A program made the translations under genes and the position numbers. Source: Pseudomonadales bacterium (GTDB lineage Bacteria > Pseudomonadota > Gammaproteobacteria > Pseudomonadales > Alcanivoracaceae). From it: a DNA stretch of 59,644 bases. Shown here piece by piece: positions 55,267 to 59,644 of this stretch. The notes under the pieces are model-generated. The model did not search any database and had not been told where the DNA came from. It was given only the letters and a program-made list of their open reading frames with translations. Positions within the stretch are counted from its first letter, which is position 1. Every line of letters starts with the position of its first letter. The stretch is from NCBI GenBank assembly GCA_022360555.1, contig JAKSCQ010000179.1, positions 1-59,644 on the forward strand. Reading direction: 5' to 3'.

Positions 55267-57205
55267 ATTCAGGCCTCGCCGCCATGTGCCCACAGCCCAG
55301 TGGATGCAGGATAACTACCACTTGCCGGAAGCCATCGGTGATCTGGCCGGGCTTTACGATTTCTGCTACTCCCCGTATTTCCTCGGGGTGGCTGCGGCGC
55401 TGGATGACACCAGCGTGGACGAAGTCGATCTGATGAAGGCCGCCCAGCTGGGCTGGACCTACTTCCTGATCGGGTACCTGGCAAAGCGAGTTGACTGCCA
55501 CCCAGCGCCACTCATGGTGCTGTTTGCCAAAGAGAAGGATGGCAAGGCCTTCCACGATGAAAAGCTGGTGCCGGCGCTGAGTTCCACGCCAGCCATGAAG
55601 GGCGTGATTGATGTGACCACCAGCCGCAAGGCCGGGAACCGGTGGGATCTGAAATCCTACCCGGGCGGTTTTCTAAAGCTGGTGGGTTCCAATAGCCCCG
55701 GCAACGTGAAGTCCACCAGTTCGGTGGGTGTGGGTGTGGTGGAAGAGCCAGACGACACCAGCGTGGACGTAAAGCGGCAGGGTGATGCCATCGGTCTGCT
55801 GGAAGAGCGCCTGAAGCGCTACATAGGCAGCAAGCTGATTGTCGGTGGCACCCCCACCATCAAGAACCTCAGCAAGACCGAACATCGGGTGCAGGAATCG
55901 GATTGCCGGGTTCTGCCGGTGGTATGCCACGAGTGCGGTGAGAGCCATGTACTGGCCTGGGAGAACGTCAGCTGGCTGGATGCCGATGACGACGCCCCGG
56001 TGCATGAGGTCTACGGCAGGGCCTTGCCGGACACCGCCGTTTACTGCTGCCCCCACTGTGGCTGCGGCTGGGATGACGATCAGCGGCAAACCAACATCCG
56101 CAACACCGTTTTCAACGCGGTGGAGGCCGGTGACCCGCTGTGTGGCTGGGTGCCGACGCGGCCTTTTCACGGCAAGGCTGGTTTTACTGAACTCAGCGAA
56201 CTGTATGCCTGTGTGCCGGGCACCACACTTTCAGATGTGGTTCGGGACAAGCTGAAGGCGGATCACCTGGCAGAGAAGGGTGATCTTTCCGGGCTGATCA
56301 CGTTCACCAACCAGAAGCTGGGCCGCACGTTTGAATATGAAACCGCAGCCCCGGATTCTGAAGAGCTGCGCAAACGTGCTGAGGATTACCCGGAGCTGGT
56401 TGTCCCTGCTGGAGGCCTGATCCTCACAGCCGGGGTGGATGTGCAGCGCGATCGCTTGGCGGTGGTGCTGCGCGCCTGGGGCCGTGGCATGGAAAGCTGG
56501 TTGCTCTACTGGGGCGAGTTCTACGCCAAAGTGAGCACCACGGATACCAGCGACCCGGTGTGGAAGCAGCTGGATGATTTCCTGTTCACCCCGCGCAAGC
56601 ATGAGAACGGGTTCAGCCTGATCCCGAAGGCCGTGAGCATTGACTCCGGTGGCCACAGCACCGAGCAGGTTTATAACTGGGTGCGGCCGCGTCAGAAGCG
56701 GGGCGTGATGGCCATCAAGGGCAGCAGTAACGACTACGGCAAGCGCGAGATCTTCAGCGCCCCCCGCAAAGCCGATTACAAGAACGGCCACAAGACAAAG
56801 GCGGCAAAGTTCGGCCTGCAGGTGTACCAGGTGGGCACCCATAAAGCCAAAGACCTGATCTTTGGTGAAGGTGGCCGGCTGAGCCTGAAGGGCGAAGGCC
56901 CTGGGCGCATGCACTGGTTTAACACCGTGCGCGATGACTACTACGAACAGATCACTGGTGTGATTAAAGCCCCCAGCGCCAGGCTGGGCGGCAAGCTGAT
57001 CTGGCACGACAAGCCAGGCCAGCCAGTGGAGGCGGCTGACTGTGAGGTTTACGCCCTGCATGCGGCCTACAGTCAACGCCTTCACACCTGGAAAGATGAA
57101 CGCTGGGATCAACTCGAGGCCCAGCTGAAACAAAGCGACCTGTTCGGCGCCACAGAGAAACCGGAAAACACCGGTGATGAGCGCCGCAAATCCTCTTACT
57201 GGTAA
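55187..57205 (+). CDS. Terminase large subunit, lambda GpA family
   Basis: MKAAQLGWT, EEPD, GTPT, Cys motifs, AGVDVQ, IDSGG, DCEVYA. Confidence 0.93.
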   Translation: MSLNLQSSELVSLRATLRKVLLTAASKFRPRRHVPTAQWMQDNYHLPEAIGDLAGLYDFCYSPYFLGVAAALDDTSVDEVDLMKAAQLGWTYFLIGYLAKRVDCHPAPLMVLFAKEKDGKAFHDEKLVPALSSTPAMKGVIDVTTSRKAGNRWDLKSYPGGFLKLVGSNSPGNVKSTSSVGVGVVEEPDDTSVDVKRQGDAIGLLEERLKRYIGSKLIVGGTPTIKNLSKTEHRVQESDCRVLPVVCHECGESHVLAWENVSWLDADDDAPVHEVYGRALPDTAVYCCPHCGCGWDDDQRQTNIRNTVFNAVEAGDPLCGWVPTRPFHGKAGFTELSELYACVPGTTLSDVVRDKLKADHLAEKGDLSGLITFTNQKLGRTFEYETAAPDSEELRKRAEDYPELVVPAGGLILTAGVDVQRDRLAVVLRAWGRGMESWLLYWGEFYAKVSTTDTSDPVWKQLDDFLFTPRKHENGFSLIPKAVSIDSGGHSTEQVYNWVRPRQKRGVMAIKGSSNDYGKREIFSAPRKADYKNGHKTKAAKFGLQVYQVGTHKAKDLIFGEGGRLSLKGEGPGRMHWFNTVRDDYYEQITGVIKAPSARLGGKLIWHDKPGQPVEAADCEVYALHAAYSQRLHTWKDERWDQLEAQLKQSDLFGATEKPENTGDERRKSSYW

Positions 57206-57211
57206 CCGCCC

Positions 57212-57421
57212 ATGGCTTACACGCAATCAGACCTGGATCGCATCGAAGCGGCGATTGCGACGGGCACCCTGCGCATTACGCACAACGGCAAGACAACGGA
57301 ATTCCGCAGCCTGAACGAGATGATCCGTGTACGGGATCTGATCAAAGGAGAACTGGCTACTGGTGCCACCACGCCGTCGCGCCAGCACTACGCCCCTAGC
57401 TTCGACCGGGGGTACCAATGA
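57212..57421 (+). CDS. Head-tail joining protein (gpW-like)
   Basis: AIATG...EFRSLNEM; sits between terL and portal. Confidence 0.8.
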   Translation: MAYTQSDLDRIEAAIATGTLRITHNGKTTEFRSLNEMIRVRDLIKGELATGATTPSRQHYAPSFDRGYQ

Positions 57422-58890
57422 GCTGGCTGGATCGTGCCATCGGCTGGTTTGCTCCTGAAGCCGAAGCCCGCCGCACCCGTGCCCGGGTGGTGACGGATCG
57501 CCTGCGTGCAGTAAACGGCTATGACGGTGCCGGCAAAGGCCGCCGCAACAAGTGGACCCGTGGCCGCGACAGCAGCGCCAACGCAGAAAGCCGTGCGGCC
57601 CTGCCGCTGCTGCGAGCCCGGCACCGTGAAATGGTGCGCAACAACCCGTATGCGGCCAGCGCCCTGAGGGTGCTGACTACCAACATTGTCGGTACCGGCA
57701 TTCGCCCCCGGGCAATGGTGGAAGATACCGAGCAGAAGAAATCCCTGCAGCAGCTGATGCTGGGCTGGGCAGAGACCACCGCCGTGGACTATGACGGCCG
57801 GCTGGATCTGTACGGCTTGCAGGCCCAGGCAGTGCGCACTGCCATGGAAGGCGGTGACGCACTCATTGTGCGCGTCACCGAGCGCGACCCAGCCCTGCCG
57901 ATTCCTCTGAAGGTTCGGCTGCTGGAAGGCGATTATCTGGACCACACAAAAAACGGCCCCATGGAAGGGGGTTATGCCGTTCAGGGTGTGCAGTTCAATA
58001 ACGAACACAAGCGCGTGGGCTATTGGTTACACCGAACCCACCCCGGCGATGTGCTGGGTGGTTTCAGCGCCAGCAAGCTGACACCTGCTGAAGACGTGAT
58101 CCACCTGTATGAAATGCTCCGGCCGGGGCAAGTGCGTGGCGTGCCCCGTGGAACCGCCGCGCTCATGCGCATGAAGAGCCTGGATGATTATCAGGATGCT
58201 CGCATCGAAGCGGCCAAGTCCGCAGCGTGTTTGGTGGGCGTGGTGGTTGAGCCTGAGGGTGATGTGGAAAAGCAAGGCAGCGTGCTGCCTGAGAAGCTGG
58301 AGCCGGGCATGTTCCCGCGCCTGAAAACCGGTGAAGACGTTCGGTTCAACAACCCGCCCAGCGTGACCGGCCATGGTGAATTCGTCAGCGTAGAGCAGCA
58401 CGCGATCGCGGTTGCCTACGGCGTACCGTTTGAAGCACTCACTGGTGACCTGAGCCAGGTGAACTACTCCAGTGCCCGCATGGGCTTTATGGAATTCGGC
58501 CGTAACGTGGAGCAATACCGCTGGTCCACCCTGATCCCCATCCTTTGCCAGGGCCTGGCCGGTTGGTTCAACGAAACCGCCACCCTGGCCGGCAAGCTGC
58601 AGGGGCCGGTTCGCTGGGAATGGTCACCGCCCCGCCGCGAAATGATCGACCCGAGTCGCGAAGTGCCACCCATGGTGGATCTGGTGCGTGCCGGTGGCAG
58701 CACTCTGTCTGAGTGGATCCGCACCATGGGCCATGAGCCTGACGACGTATTCAACGAACTAGCCGAAGAGCGCCAGAGGCTTGATGGCGCAGGCCTGATC
58801 CTGACCACCGATGCCGGGAAGGTCAGCAATTCAGGCGTAACCAATGCCCGGGGCCCCGGGCAGCAATTCCCGGAACCCGGGAACGACTGA
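57418..58890 (+). CDS. Portal protein, lambda family
   Basis: YDGA, LRAR.R..VRNN, RPGQVRGVP, GDLSQVNYSSARMG, IDP.RE. Confidence 0.93.
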   Translation: MSWLDRAIGWFAPEAEARRTRARVVTDRLRAVNGYDGAGKGRRNKWTRGRDSSANAESRAALPLLRARHREMVRNNPYAASALRVLTTNIVGTGIRPRAMVEDTEQKKSLQQLMLGWAETTAVDYDGRLDLYGLQAQAVRTAMEGGDALIVRVTERDPALPIPLKVRLLEGDYLDHTKNGPMEGGYAVQGVQFNNEHKRVGYWLHRTHPGDVLGGFSASKLTPAEDVIHLYEMLRPGQVRGVPRGTAALMRMKSLDDYQDARIEAAKSAACLVGVVVEPEGDVEKQGSVLPEKLEPGMFPRLKTGEDVRFNNPPSVTGHGEFVSVEQHAIAVAYGVPFEALTGDLSQVNYSSARMGFMEFGRNVEQYRWSTLIPILCQGLAGWFNETATLAGKLQGPVRWEWSPPRREMIDPSREVPPMVDLVRAGGSTLSEWIRTMGHEPDDVFNELAEERQRLDGAGLILTTDAGKVSNSGVTNARGPGQQFPEPGND

Positions 58891-58902
58891 CCGGAGACAC
58901 CC

Positions 58903-59644
58903 ATGAAATGGAAGCTCAAAGCGTTGGCCAAGGCGGTCAACGGCGGACTCGCTTTGTCTGCAACAAACCAAATCAACGCCAAAGGCGAGCTGCTGCTCTA
59001 CGGCGTCATCGGTGATTGGTGGGATGGTTTGGACGCCATGACCATCGTGCGGGAAGTGGAAGCCTTGAATGAAGGGACCCTGCCGGTGCGGATCCACTCA
59101 GAAGGTGGGTACGTCACCGAAGGGCTGGCTATTTATAACGCGCTGAAAAATAGCGAGCAGCGCGTTGAAGTCACCGTTGACGGTATTGCCCTGAGCATGG
59201 CCAGCGTGATCGCCATGGCCGGTGATGTAGTTCGTATGCCGGCCAATGCTTTCCTGATGATCCACAAGCCGAACGGGCCAAGTGTCGGCGAGGCGGACGA
59301 TCACCGCCGCATGGCTGATGTGTACGACCAGTTTGAAGACAGCGTGGCGGGCATCTACGCCACCAAGACCGGCCTGGATAAAGACACTCTCAAGGCAATG
59401 ATGGCCGCTGAGACCTGGCTGAACGGTGAGCAAGCCGTAGAAATGGGTTTCGCGGATGAACTGATCGAACCGGTACAGGCTGTCGCTCAGGCAGATCTGG
59501 CTGCTTTCCAAAATGCTCCTGCCGGAGCGTTGAACCTCTATCACCGGCCGCAAGGCCAACCCCCGGCGGCCACCGCCGCCACCAACCTCAACCAAAAAGG
59601 TAATGTTATGAACCTTGATGATCGCGCGAAGGCGATCGTTCTCA
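58903..59644 (+). CDS. ClpP-like prohead protease (probably fused to scaffold/capsid), truncated by the window end
   Basis: Not in the ORF track because it has no stop in the window. Translated by hand: LYGVIG, IHSEGG, IYNAL, GIALSMAS, MIHKP, ETWL...A...GFAD. Confidence 0.88.
   Translation, partial: MKWKLKALAKAVNGGLALSATNQINAKGELLLYGVIGDWWDGLDAMTIVREVEALNEGTLPVRIHSEGGYVTEGLAIYNALKNSEQRVEVTVDGIALSMASVIAMAGDVVRMPANAFLMIHKPNGPSVGEADDHRRMADVYDQFEDSVAGIYATKTGLDKDTLKAMMAAETWLNGEQAVEMGFADELIEPVQAVAQADLAAFQNAPAGALNLYHRPQGQPPAATAATNLNQKGNVMNLDDRAKAIVL

Larger units (their letters stand above)
34500..59644. mobile_element. Lambdoid prophage integrated in dusA (extends past the window end)
   Basis: Integrase divergent from the dusA 5' end, early left operon, cI/cro/cII, replication, Q-like, lysis, cos, terminase, portal, protease. 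Left boundary approximate. Confidence 0.93.

Noticed and set aside
59098-59595. 165-aa minus-strand ORF at the window end
   Set aside because: Antisense to the ClpP-like gene that the track missed because it has no stop in the window.
42304-59644. A third VR elsewhere in the prophage
   Set aside because: I saw no further copy of the CGCGCTCGCGCCGTCCGCAGAT anchor by eye; tail genes lie outside the window and remain unchecked.

Overview
The window has three parts. It is GC-rich gammaproteobacterial DNA, and the core gene set suggests an Alcanivorax-like marine bacterium (inference only). (1) 1-6.65 kb is the end of an integrative or satellite-like element next to the 3' end of tRNA-Thr(CGT). 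It carries an excisionase-type HTH gene, a P2 gpA-family rolling-circle Rep with a P2-like nick origin, and a lower-GC Hachiman-like (HamA/HamB) defence pair. (2) 6.8-34.5 kb is chromosome backbone: msrA/B, CoA-transferase, ceramidase, OmpA, a TSP3 lipoprotein, mltF, M61 peptidase, hrpA, a FabH-like synthase, an EGKCG-repeat/DUF692 (MNIO) RiPP cluster, mlaA, tal and dusA. Its intergenic DNA holds REPs, heptamer-based hairpin repeats and an IS4-type MITE. (3) 34.5 kb to the end is a lambdoid prophage integrated in dusA. Its early leftward operon carries a complete diversity-generating retroelement (RT, avd, one TR, and two tandem target genes each with its own VR and hairpin). This DGR is unusual: the targets are not tail fibres, the TR overlaps the RT frame, a structured spacer lies 5' of the TR, and 5 of 30 TR/VR mismatches are at non-adenine positions, all directly 5' of an A. 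The prophage also has a HipA-like kinase plus partner at the rexAB position, a CI without a peptidase domain, a split primase, a lambda-like cos, and lysis and head genes. All family assignments come from motif recognition by eye; no searches were run.
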